From: Octopus vulgaris
Taxonomy: Eukaryota
Assembly (NCBI GenBank): GCA_951406725.2
Contig: OX597826.1
Span: forward strand, 4,712,001-4,776,000
Direction of reading: 5' to 3'
DNA: 64,000 bases
Part shown: positions 13,745-26,587 of the stretch, piece after piece
How positions within the stretch are numbered: position 1 is the stretch's first letter
Layout: each line of letters starts with the position of its first letter
The notes under the pieces: generated by a model
What the model was told of the DNA's origin: nothing
Database searches by the model: none
Seen by the model: only the letters and a program-made list of their open reading frames with translations
Made by a program: the position numbers and the translations under genes

Positions 13745-14106
13745 CTTTAAGGGCCAGCTGAGTACCTTCCGTACCAGGACGCTTCGCAGGATTATGGGTT
13801 ACCATTAGTCAGATTTCGTATCCAACAAATGGCTATACTCAGAAACTGGTATAAGACCCATTGCTTTTATGATTCGAGGGCGTTTTCCTGAGTTGGATCC
13901 TCCGTACCGTGTTCTCTTTTCTGAGGATCCGGCTGGGGTGATGGCTCGTATTAATTAGTCACATGCCTCATGGTCACACCAATGAGGAAGTATTTCACGG
14001 AGAGAGGAAACGACGAGGCCGTTTCAGGTAGGATTGCTCAGGATGACCTGAGCAAATTCTGACAAAAGGTGGAAGCAGCAACGCGCTGCAACGGCGCATG
14101 CTCGCA
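13745..14106 (+). mobile_element. RTE-clade LINE 3' fragment (decayed ORF C-terminus)
   Basis: Translates FRTRTLRRIMGYH*SDFVSNKWLYSETGIRPIAFMIRGR...FPELDPPYRVL...KVEAATRCNGACSH, which fits the RTE post-RT pattern LRRI.G..W.D.VSN..L. Confidence 0.8.
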
Positions 14107-14145
14107 TGTCCTTGGCTAATTTTAGCCTTCGATTGATGATTTTCT
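14107..14145. repeat. 39-bp inverted repeat arm (partner 15343-15381)
   Basis: tgtccttggctaattttagccttcgattgatgattttct is the exact reverse complement of agaaaatcatcaatcgaaggctaaaattagccaaggaca. Confidence 0.9.
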
Positions 14146-15069
14146 TGCAGAATTGTTAGATTGTTAGACAAGTACTTTGACATAAATGGTCCGGCGCTTT
14201 GAATTCTGAGTTCAAATCATGAAGAGGTCATATTTGTTCTTTCTTTCTTTGATAACTAGAATCAAGCACCAGCCTCAATATCTCTCATTTTCTCTCCATC
14301 TCCCTCTCTCTACTCCCACTCTCCCCCAACCTCTCACACATTCATACACCTGCACATTCGCTGATTGGGCTTTGCAGCTCTGTTATATGGCTCTGAGAAT
14401 CACTCTCAATGTTGCTTTCTCCTAAAGAATAGAATCGATTAGAAGGTGCAAGGAAGCCCTTTTAATCTACTAGAATATCGGCCAATGTAACCATAGAATC
14501 TTGTTAATGTGAACAGATCAAAGGTTCTCTGTGGAATGAAAGGGTTTATGAAGAAGCGTCGAGTTACTGGAGCCGTGAAAGATTCCATGTAATCAGAGGG
14601 ATAACCCTTTAACTTCTCATACACCTTTGAGATAATCTTCATCAACAATCTGTCATCTAACACTGCCTGCGGATACATTCCCAACTCCCCATTCAGCATA
14701 GCAATTGACATTTCTTCTTTAAGGCCCTTAGAGTATGCCGTTTAATGTTCTTATTTCAGATCAACATGAAGTTCAGTTATACTATAAGTATAGGCAACTC
14801 GTTCCTTATGATTTCTTATTCCTTTCTGAATAGTTTTGACTCCCCATCCTTCTCTTGTTGCCATATCAAATCTATCGACTGGGAAGTGGTGATATACATC
14901 AACAAGTCACTATTATACCCCAACCCTTTAAAGACGTATAGAACCCTCTTTTTTCGTTTTAATTTTGGAAATATATTTACTTACCTTTCACTGTTTCTTG
15001 CTAAAAGTTCATCAGGCAAATAGTGTTGCCTTTCACGAAGCATTTCCTATCCCAAAGAATCAATTCGAA

Positions 15070-15097
<28 letters not shown>

Positions 15098-15100
<3 letters not shown>

Positions 15101-15224
15101 CTGGCAGAATCGTTAGCACGCCGGGCGACATGCTTAGCGGTATTTCATCTGCAGTTACGTTCTAGGTTCAAACTCCGCCGAGGTCGACTTTGCCTTTCAT
15201 GCCTTGTTACTATAGTAGAAAGGA
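15098..15224 (+). mobile_element. SINE family A with internal deletion, tail type 2
   Basis: gagctggcagaatcgttagcacgccgggcg...gaggtcgactttgcctttcat then jumps to ccttgttactatagtagaaagga. Confidence 0.88.
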
Positions 15225-15342
15225 TATATATATATATATAGATGGATAGATAGATAGATTATATGTATGTATATAAACGATCAACCATAGTTCAAATGTT
15301 TCCAAATCGATTCGCGTGCTCACTCGCACACACACGAGCATC

Positions 15343-15381
15343 AGAAAATCATCAATCGAAGGCTAAAATTAGCCAAGGACA
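15343..15381. repeat. 39-bp inverted repeat arm (partner 14107-14145)
   Basis: Exact reverse complement of 14107-14145. Confidence 0.9.
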
Positions 15382-15395
15382 ATTTTGGAAAATGG

Positions 15396-15444
<49 letters not shown>

Positions 15445-16287
15445 CACGTGTAGCTATATACACAGACATATATATATCATATATATATATATATATATAT
15501 AGCCATATACACAGACGCAGTCATATATATATATATATACACACACACATACAAATACAGGCACACATATGCAGACATAAAAAACGCGTGTTCGTGCGGC
15601 TGTAATTTAATTATGCATATACGAATGACGCGTCTTTTTTGCCATAGACAGTGAGTTCTTTGATCTGACTGAAGTGGAAAGGTAAATAAGGACTGTTCAC
15701 ACATAATTACACACAATAACAAACACGACCGTTAGAGGAAGTGGCATAGAAGGAACATAACATATATTAACTTACGTATGGTTGAGAGATCATCACAAGT
15801 AAAGAATTTGATGAGGTTGGTTTAACATTAATGATTTTTTAACAGCGACATTAGGCGGAAAACACTGAGGGCGACTTCACTCAATCGAATCGACCTAGTG
15901 TGACGACCATTGCTACCAAAGGTCTAACTAACACGTCACATACTGTCACGCGTTATTTTCATAGTTCTCTCCCTTGAGCTATATGAGAATATATTTTGAT
16001 AATGCTTTTTTTTTTTAAGTTTCTTCTTATGGCGTACATTTAGAAATTTTAGCTTACGAAAGTTTATTTTTCTGGTTGTTTTGATCGATAGGGCTCGATA
16101 AACAGACTTACACCAATATATTAAAATACATACGCACACAGTCACACACGCACACATACACACACATACACACACGCACCCAAACAAACGCACACACCCG
16201 CACACAAAATATGCACGTGAAAAAACATGGCATCCATATAGTATCGAACATGGAAAATCCTATATTTATTCATCAACTTATTGCTAC

Positions 16288-16366
<79 letters not shown>

Positions 16367-16618
16367 GATCATGTGATCACGTGACCGACCAGATGTTGTT
16401 ACACACCGCTGGTCATAATTCACTTTGCATCGTTTTAGCCATCGAACAATACCACCTCGCTGGCTAGGCGAGCAAGCCAACATTCCTCCTGAAAGAGGAT
16501 CTGCAGCAACATGAAATAGTGTTTTGCTCAAAAAACACAACCCGCTGCCCGGTCTGGGAATCGAACCCACGGTCTAAGATTGTAAGTGCAACAGCCTATC
16601 CATAAGGCCACGTGCCTT

Positions 16619-16620
<2 letters not shown>
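16367..16620 (-). mobile_element. tRNA-head SINE family D
   Basis: Minus strand begins tgaaggcacgtggccttatgg...gggttcgattcccagaccggg...gtgttttttgagcaaaacact (A/B-box-like plus CORE-like segment). Confidence 0.8.
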
Positions 16621-16650
<30 letters not shown>

Positions 16651-16778
16651 ATGTTGGTCCGGGGCTCAGAGCAGACCTTGAGAAAAGGTCTGAGAAGTGA
16701 TACTGAAACAGTGCGCGTGTTTTTATTATTATTATATATATGACCTCCCATATATGAACAAGGTTTATTTCAACACAA

Positions 16779-17025
16779 ATCATGTGATCACGTGACCGAC
16801 CAGAATCTTGTACACACCAAATGGTCAAAAATAAAATATGCATGTATGTATGTATCGAACAATACCACCTCGCTGGCTAGGCGAGCAAGCCAACATTCCT
16901 CCTGAAAGAGGATCTGCAGCAACATGAAATAGTGTTTTGCTCAAAACACAACCCGCTGCCCGGTCTGGGAATCGAACCCACGGTCTAGAGATTGTAAGTG
17001 CAACAGCCTATCCATAAGGCCACGT
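16779..17025 (-). mobile_element. Second, tandemly duplicated copy of the family D SINE
   Basis: 16855-17025 is nearly identical to 16441-16614. Confidence 0.85.
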
Positions 17026-17589
17026 GTTCAGTAAACAACGCACAGAGAATGAAACCGTATTCAAGCGATTGCCATGAAGACATCTCAAATACATGGCTAC
17101 TCCAAAGATTATATACAATATCTTTGTTCTAAGCGTATAAAATGATGGTGAGAGAGCTGAAATCAATGACAACAGATAACAGAAAATGAATCTAGTAAAC
17201 CAAATACAAAAATAAAATATATGTATGTATGTATGCATACTGAGAGAGGAAAGATGAGAGAGCACTCTGATTTGAAGATAAATATATATTCGTGATATAT
17301 ATATATATATATATACATACACAAGCAAAAACACGCACATACATACCCAAAAGAAAATCACGCTCGCACGCATACCCACATATATATATATATATATATA
17401 TATACGTTTATGTATATAGTATAGTGTACACTTACTACACTTATACATAGGGATGTAGATATAAATATAACTATTTATCAAAGATATGTATGTTCGTGTA
17501 ATCGCCTATACATGTGAGTGAATGTATGTGTGTATATATATGTATGTATACACGCACAAATATATATGTATGCATATGTGTGAGTATAT

Positions 17590-17623
17590 ATTATATACAT
17601 ATATATATATATGTGTGTATATA

Positions 17624-17678
<55 letters not shown>

Positions 17679-17717
17679 GTATATATATATATGTATATAT
17701 ATATATGTATATATCTG

Positions 17718-17751
<34 letters not shown>

Positions 17752-17880
17752 TATACATATATATATGTATATATATATATATATGTATATATACGTATAT
17801 ATATATATATATATATATATAGGTATATATTATATGTACGAATAAGTGAGTATATGATATATATATATATATATTATATA
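17590..17880. repeat. Interrupted (TA)n microsatellite
   Basis: Directly visible. Confidence 0.95.
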
Positions 17881-18484
17881 CGTATGTGCATGAAAGAGTA
17901 GGCGTAGGTGGGGGGAGTGCCGTTAGTTTGTTGTTGAACATGTCAATGTTTTTTTTCTTTCTTTTTCTGTTGTTCTTTTGTAATTTTTATCGCTCGTGGA
18001 ATGGAAAAATAAAATAAAAACGGAACAAAACAGTGAAAGAACTCTGAGTGAAATGATCGCCACTACGGAATAAGAGATACGGCTGTCTTATCTAACTATT
18101 GTGTCAAAACGCTCGAAAGATAAGCGCGAAGAAATGTCATCAAGACATCTCCAGGATAAGGTGCTTGTGTGGGTAAGGGCATATTTCACGATATAAAAGA
18201 CAGAACAGCCTTACCTTTTTTTTTCAAGAATATACTATAGCAATAGTTGTGTTTCTCTTCTTAACTGAATGCTTTGGAAGAGTAGATGTAGTGTTCTGAT
18301 AAGGCAACAGATACGGTTCTAAGAGAGAGGCAAAAAAAGCATTACAGCAGGGAAAAGAGAAAAAGAAAGAAGAGACCAAAAGAAAAAAATAAATAAATAA
18401 ACGCTGAAGTAAAACAATATTATAAAAGAAAGAAATAAAATTCCAAAACATTGATGTTTTATATTTCTTTTTTTCTTGTTCTTG

Positions 18485-18586
18485 TTCTTCTTCTTCTTCT
18501 TCTTCTTCTTCTTCTTCTTCTTCTTCTTCTTCTTCTTCTTCTTCTTCTTCTTCTTCTTCTTCTTCTTCTTCTTCTTCTTCTTCTTC
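18485..18586. repeat. (CTT)n microsatellite
   Basis: Directly visible. Confidence 0.97.
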
Positions 18587-19078
18587 GTATTATTATTATT
18601 ATTACTGTTATTATTATTGTCTTCGATGTCTTTATTAAAAACATCAACCGTTTTTCACATCAGGATGATAAAAAGGTAATTATATATATATGTGTATGTG
18701 AGTGTGTGTGTAAGTGATTACATACACATATGTATGTATGTATATATATATATATATACTTATATATACACGCACACACACACACACACACATATACACA
18801 AGCACGCATACATACACAGAGAGGAATTTCTTGGTGGTTTCATCCGCAAAAGTTGTAATTATTTCTATAAATGCAAAATAACGATTTTTTCGGTTTTCTG
18901 TTATGAGGAGCAGAGATCGAAGGGCTCGGACAAAAGGCACGCGCACGCGTGCTTCTTTGTATGTATGTGTGTATGTGTGTGTGCATGCATGCGAATGTAT
19001 GTATATATCAAGGAGTGTATGCGCCGCGTAGTGTAGCTTAATTAACTTCATGCATCATATGATAACTCAAATACTATT

Positions 19079-19458
19079 AAGGCGGCGAGTTGGCAGAAAC
19101 GTTACGTTCTGAGTTTAAATCCCGCCAAGGTTGACTTTGCCTTTCAGCATCGATAAATTAACTACCAGTTACGCACTGGGGTCGATGTAATCAACTTAAT
19201 CCTTTTGTCTGTCCTTGCTTGTCCCCTCTATGTTTAGCTCCTTGTGAGCAATAAAGAAATAAGAAGCGTAAGCACCCCGGTCGAACTGCTTGGCGTTATT
19301 TCGTCTGTCTTTACGTTCTGAGTTCAAATTCTGCCGAGGTTGACTTTGCTTTTCATCCTTTCGGGATTGATAAATTACGTACCAGTTACGCACTGGGGGT
19401 CGATGTAATCGACTGCCCCTCCCCCAAAATTTCGAGCGTTGTGCCTAGAGTAGAAAAG
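19079..19458 (+). mobile_element. Dimeric SINE family A (tail-1 unit plus tail-2 unit) with TSD
   Basis: Two cores in tandem, flanked by gataactcaaatacta (19061-19076) and gataactcaatacta (19459-19473). Confidence 0.88.
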
Positions 19459-19495
19459 GATAACTCAATACTAATACTGTATCAGCAGCAGCAAC

Positions 19496-19496
<1 letters not shown>

Positions 19497-19556
<60 letters not shown>
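19497..19556. repeat. (AGT)n microsatellite
   Basis: Directly visible. Confidence 0.97.
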
Positions 19557-19557
<1 letters not shown>

Positions 19558-20045
19558 ATGATTTTGGTCATTGGCCCACCCTGCCAGAAATGGCCAGAGG
19601 CTGGACAACGTGTACAAGGACAGCAACGAACGCAGTATTTAACAAGGAAGGGTAATTAATAATGGTGCGAGTTACATTTTGTAGTGGACGGTTGTTGTCT
19701 TTTAAATCGAATCCTAAATAATAATTAAAGAAATATAGGCAAGATGATTCTCAGTAGAACTTGAAACCGAAAAGAAACAAGCTAATGGAACGTGATGAAA
19801 AAAGAAAACATTTTGTCCTGTTATTGGAACTTTCCGATTTTTCAACGACTTCCAGAAACATAGGATTCGCCATAACGATACCAACTGCGAATAACATAGA
19901 TACATCGCTCCTTTGTAACTTAATTATTTATTTAAGTAAGGTTTGGAGAAGACGATTAAATCAACATATTTATTTGTAGTTTATTTTATAGACACAGGAA
20001 GGATGAAAGATGAATTGATGTCAGATGTAAAAATGAGGTACAAAT

Positions 20046-20120
<75 letters not shown>

Positions 20121-20188
20121 GAAAACATAATGCAAAGTACTTTGAGCCCCGATACATTTCTGCAAATCCATAAACCACAGTTCATAAT

Positions 20189-20402
20189 GGCTTCAAATTT
20201 TGGCACAACGCCAGCAATTTCGAGGGAAGGTTTAAGTCAATTTCATCGACCTCAGTGCTCAACTGGTAATTATTTTATTGACTCCGTTAGGATGAAAGGC
20301 AAAGTCGACCTAAGCGGAATTTGAACTCGAAACGTAAAGACAGACGAAATGGCGCTAAGTATTTAGCCTGGCGTGGGTTACGATTCTGCCAGCTCACCGC
20401 CT
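20189..20402 (-). mobile_element. Full-length SINE family A with 18-bp TSD
   Basis: Flanked by taaaccacagttcataat (20171-20188) and taaactacagtttataat (20403-20420); ends ctgccagctcaccgcct. Confidence 0.9.
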
Positions 20403-20430
20403 TAAACTACAGTTTATAATAATAATATAT

Positions 20431-20572
20431 AATCCTTTCCAATGTAAGCACAAGGCCCAAAATATTTTTGAGTGGGGGGATTATTGATCATATGTGACTG
20501 GCACTTATTTTATCGATCCCGAAAGGATGAAAACCAAAGTTCATTTCGGTGAGATTTGAACCCAGAATATAA
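20431..20572 (-). mobile_element. SINE family A, truncated
   Basis: ttattttatcgatcccgaaaggatgaaaaccaaagt...atttgaacccagaa. Confidence 0.8.
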
Positions 20573-20629
20573 GGTGACGCCTTTGCCGAAGCCCTAACGT
20601 GGCAATCAGTTCACTGCATCGGTTGGTGA

Positions 20630-20803
20630 TTGAGACAACCAGGTACAAAATTTGGGTAAAGGGGGCTAATCGAATATTCCCGACACAAGTACATAACTGG
20701 TATTTTATTTTATCAACCCTGGAGGCGTCGAGAGTCAAAGTTGGCTTCGGTAAGCATTTGAATTCAGGAAACACAGAAAGGGAACAAATAGCAGAAGGCA
20801 TTT
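20630..20803 (-). mobile_element. SINE family A-related, old
   Basis: aactggtattttattttatcaaccc...caaagttggcttcggt...atttgaattcag. Confidence 0.55.
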
Positions 20804-21063
20804 TTCCAACGATACGAGCAAGAACAGGATCAGCAACATCAGAAGCTGCGATAGGATTTAGAATAAATTTGAATCATAGCAACAGACAGTGGATAACTTC
20901 AATTAGATGAAAATGTACGGAAGGATGGAAGTGTATTTAAATAGAAGAAATAAAAAGAAAGCAAAAATGAGAAAATTTGCTAACAATAGATTTAAGCAAA
21001 AATAACTAATGTATCCACTGTTTGTAAAATGTAAACACAAAGCACACACACATGCACACACAT

Positions 21064-21094
<31 letters not shown>

Positions 21095-21261
21095 AACATA
21101 CACACAAACGCACACACTCACAAACACACACACACACATACACAAACACACTGAGGAGCACACATACACACATGTATATACATACGTGTGCATGAGTGCA
21201 TATATATATGTATATACACATATGTGCGTATGTATGGGCATATGTGTGTGTATACACACGC

Positions 21262-21453
<192 letters not shown>

Positions 21454-22031
21454 AAGCACATATGTATGCTTGCAGATGTGTGTATATATATATATATATA
21501 CATACAAATACACATGCACACCAAATTACAAACACGCGTTTATACATATATGTAGATAGATAGATAGATAGATAGAGAAAGAGAGATCTACATAAAAGTA
21601 TACCTCTGCTTCTGTGTATGCATGTGTGTGTGTGTGCATGTATGTGTGTAAGTGCATGAGAGCGTGTTCTCTCCTTATGTATGTCTTCCAGGCCTATGTT
21701 GTACGTTTAATTGGATAAGGCCACAACATTTACCTGCGCTACTGATCAACACAGATCAATACGACCTGTAATAGCCACAGTGAAAGTCTTGTTCCATTGT
21801 TGATAACACTTTGTATCCATGACAACCTCGTGCAGATACGTCTACTAGTTCACTATTTTCTCATTTTTCCGTTTAAGCCAATTTTGTTTTGTCTTTTTGT
21901 TATTTGATATCTTTCTACACACACCTCTCTCTTCGTTCTCTATCTACCTATGAATCTATCCATGTCTCTCTCTTTCTCTCTAACTCTCTCTCATGTATAT
22001 AAATATGTGAGTGCGTGTGTGTGTATGTATG

Positions 22032-22062
<31 letters not shown>

Positions 22063-23399
22063 ATGTGTTCTACTATTTAATACTTCTAAGCCTTACTTTA
22101 TCTTAGAAATCAGTAAAACAACGTTTGATGCACATCTATAATAAACTGTGATGCATAGACGTATACATTACTTCTCAAACATTAAGATACATACATACAT
22201 ACATATATACATGAAACCAGATTTGCATGTTCATTAAGAGGCTCAAAGATATATCGCTATTTAGCTACGTACGTACGTACCTACCTACCTACCTACTACC
22301 TCCCTCCCTACCCACCTACCCACCTACCTACCTACCTACACACATACACACACACGTATATTTATAGACATATGTCAGTCTCCTCATTCACCTGGATTAA
22401 AGTATTAAATTTCCATTGTTTTAATCATCTACATACCTTACTTAGAACTTCCTGTTGACCTTCGCACCCGAACAATATAGCAATCGATAAATTAAAGTAT
22501 TGAAAATCACATTCGATGACTGACTAATCAATATATTAATCCCTCTACTTACTAAACTAATCCGTTTGAGGAAATGCCCAGCTACAGCACGTACACTGTT
22601 ATAAACATCAGGAACATCAAGTACTGCATCTTAGTTGAACGCAATTTGTCATTCTTTGACGAATTCATTCGAAACAGAAAATTATGTATGAAAGCCACAG
22701 ATTCCAAACAATGCTAAACACACACACTCGTCACCTATGAATTTATAGTACTTGTTTCAAAATACTAATCCGATAATTTTGGGCAAGGTTCCTCGTGTCA
22801 TTATTAAACCATGTTGCCGACTGAAGATTGCAATTCACAGCATCTTATCACCTATCACTTCTTTCGACTCTCTCGGCCCCTAAATTGAACAGCTCTAGCC
22901 ATATATTAACTCCGGAGCAATGAACCCATTATACAAGGAATCACATTCGACGCAGTGTTCACTTTCTCAGCCCATTCCGGAAAAGTGAAATTCACGTTTA
23001 ACAAAAGAGCAACGTTCTTAAAGCTTCTTGCAACAAATAATATCCAGCCCTATCCTCCTGCACCACCATCACCACCTCCTCATTCCCTTCCTCTTCTTCT
23101 TCCTCCTCCTCTTCCTCTTTTCTTCCTTCTCCTCTTCATCATCATCTTTTTTTCCTTCTCTTTTGGTGGTACAACGTTTACTGTATGTAGCCGTGCTTCT
23201 CTTTAACTTCCCCCACATTCCAGCTTCGTTTAAATTGAACATTTTCTTCAACAGTATCACCATATTTACTTCCGTTCTCATACTTTCATTCCGAACGTCT
23301 TTCTTTCAATCATTCTTTCTTTCTTCTTTCCTTTATTCTTTTCCCTCACACATACATACACACACACACACACACTCACACACACACATACGTACATAC

Positions 23400-24030
23400 G
23401 CATACACACTAGTCCCTTTACACATATACTCATAAATACACCGGATACACATAGACGTACACGCACTCACACACACACATATATACCGTTATACATTAAG
23501 TGTATGCCCTCATGCATACACGCACATACACGCACATGTAGCATGCCCACACATATACATACACTCAAGTACGCACACACATATATATACATACATACGC
23601 ACACACACAATAATCCCTTTACACATCCACTAATAAATAAATAAACCGCATACACATAGACATGCACGCGCTCACACACACATATACCGTTATACATTAT
23701 GTGTATACCCTCATATATACACGCACATACACACACACACACAATTACAATTATACATTGACATGTAGCATGCCCACACATATACATACACTCAAGTACA
23801 CACACACACACTAGTCCCTTTACACATCCACTCATAAATAAATACACAGCATACACATAGACGTACACGCACTCACACACACACATATACCGTTATACAT
23901 TACGTGTATGCCATCATGCATACACGCACATACACACACACACACGAGTGCCTACGCACAATTACAATTATACACTGACATGTGGCATGCCCACACACAT
24001 ACATACACTCAAGCACACACACACACACAT
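23400..24030. repeat. Minisatellite, three copies of a ~200-bp unit
   Basis: tccctttacacat, catataccgttatacatta and catgt(a/g)gcatgcccacac each recur three times at ~200-bp spacing. Confidence 0.85.
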
Positions 24031-24269
24031 GCATAACCCTGAATCTAATGCTGCATTCACACCGGTGCAGCTAAGCTCCACACACACTCTGTTGCCCTTG
24101 TATGTTTTCTAATGTTCACACTTAATCTTATTCCGTTGCAGTACGTTGATTACAATCAGTGGTGTTTGTTTGATTAATTTATTTTATTTTATTTAGTTTT
24201 TCAATTTTCACTCCCTGTTTCTTCATTATCTACGTTTTAAGTTCATTTTATCTTAAGTTTCAAATCCGC

Positions 24270-24340
<71 letters not shown>

Positions 24341-24672
24341 CCATCATCATCATCGTCATCATCATCGTCATCATCATCGTCATCGTCATCATCATCATCA
24401 TCATCGTCGTCGTCGTCGTTGACGTCTTCATTCTTGTCGTCATCAGCGTTGTCACCATCAGCGCCATCAACATCATCATCATCATCATCATCATCATTAT
24501 CAACATGATAGTCATCATCATCTTTGGCGTGTTTGTTGGCGACATTTTTATCGTCATCATCGTCGTCGTCATCATTATCACTATCGTACTAATTTTTGTC
24601 GCCGTCATCGTCGACACCATCATCATCATCTTCATCATTACCATATCATCAGCTTCATCACCAGCATCATCA
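24270..24672. repeat. (ATC)n/(GTC)n microsatellite, degenerate towards the 3' side
   Basis: Directly visible. Confidence 0.95.
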
Positions 24673-26587
24673 TAGGCACGAACATAATCATAATAAACCC
24701 CTCGTCTTTATTATCATCGGTTTACTTCTTCGTCATCATCCCCCTACCCGTTCCCTCCAGCGATAATGAGTATTCGTATTATTCAGGTATGCACTCTCTC
24801 ATTATCAGCAATTAAATTTTCACATTTCATATCTCACATCTCACATTCCACACGACGAATCTTAGATTTCACTTCTCACAACATGTATCTCATATTTCAC
24901 ACGCCAAATCTTACATTCTGCTACTCACAACCGTATTTCATAACTTACGTTTTACATCATACTTCTTTCAGTTCTCATCTCATATGAGATCATACAATTT
25001 ACAGCTTATTCATTGCATCTAACATCTCACACCTGACAATTTACTACCAGCACATTCTCCCAATTCACTCTTCGTATCTTAGCATCTAAAACCTCGCAGG
25101 TCCCTCTCTTTACATTTTACATTTCACCATTCTTATCTCTCATCTTAAAGTTTACAGCCCTCAGTCTAAACCATGAATCTAATCCTTCAGATCTTAGACA
25201 TTACATCTCACGTCTCCGACCTCCGAATCTTACATTTCATGTCTTAAATTTCACGTTTCCTATCTTCAATCTCATTCACTCGCACATTCATGGTCGTTCT
25301 CACTCTTTTTCTCTTTTGTTTATACACATACACACACACACACACATCAGAGTAAACACAGAGGAAATTACACATATGTAGGAACACACAGGCACACGTA
25401 TGTAGCTACTAACTCAATCTTTATGTTACACAACCTTTTCTATTTGCTAACATCGCACACCTCACACATTACATCTCACTTCCTATATCTTGCATCTCAA
25501 CAGTCCCAAACATCTTAATCATTCCTCGTCTTATCTTTCCAGCATCTCACATCTCATGCACACCAGCTTTCTCCCTCTCCCTATCTTCTCCCATCTCTCA
25601 TTCGTGTTCTCACTGTCACTCTTCCTTTGTTCTCCGGGGTTTTGACTCCCCGCCCCAAATTTTCCGTTGGTTTCCGTTGTTCTTATGAATTCACCGAACC
25701 TGTTTATTTGTCTCATTATCTTCTTATTAAAAAAAAAAAAGAAAAAATAAACGAAATAAGGAATCAAACACACAAATAAATAAATATAGAGATAAACGGT
25801 GAGAGAAAGAGGGCAAACAAGGAATGAAAATGAGAAGAGAGAAAGCAAGAAAACAGATAGAGAGTAAAAAGGAAGTAAGAGAGAGAGAGAGAGAGGGAGA
25901 GAGAGAGAGAGAGGGAGGGAGAGAGAGAGAGAGAGAGAGAGAGAACTAGAGTGTGTGTGAGAGAGAGAGAGAGAATAAAGAACGAGAGAAAGCAAAAAGG
26001 GGAAGGAAGGAATGGATGAATGTAAGAAACAAAGATTAGAAAATGAAAGTGGGAAGGAATAAATAGAATTAGAAAAGAAAGAACGATGGAAGAAGTAGAT
26101 TTAATGAAAGACAAAATAAAAGATAATACACAAATTAAAAGAAAATTAAAAACAAAGACAAAATATGAAATAAACTATAGAAACAAAATGAAAGAAAAAA
26201 CCCCTAAAAATATGAAAACAATCGAGTAATGAATGAACGATGAACGAACGAAGGAGTAAAGTGGAAATGCGCCATATTTTCTTCTCTGTCTGATCTTATC
26301 GTGCTAAAGAAACGAAACATATATAATAGACGTTCGTAGAGCGTTGGAGGAAAAATATCTCTTATATTCTGTGCTGTGACTTTCTAAATTAATTAACTTT
26401 GAAAAACTCTTTGTTCACTTGATTAACTTTACTGTTCTCTGTTTTCCTGTCCTCGCCGCCATCGTCGCTAGCGTTCTCTTTTCGCTGCTTCCCTTTCCGT
26501 CTGTTCATTTCTTCGCTTTTTTCTTGTCGCCCAATTCTTACTACCAAGACTTTTGGTTCTTGAGCGTTTCTGTGCGTGTGTGTATAA

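Noticed and set aside
14979-15045. Minus-strand ATG...AG|GTAAGT possible exon (MLRERQHYLPDELLARNSE)
   Set aside because: A single donor-like site with no recognisable protein or partner exon.
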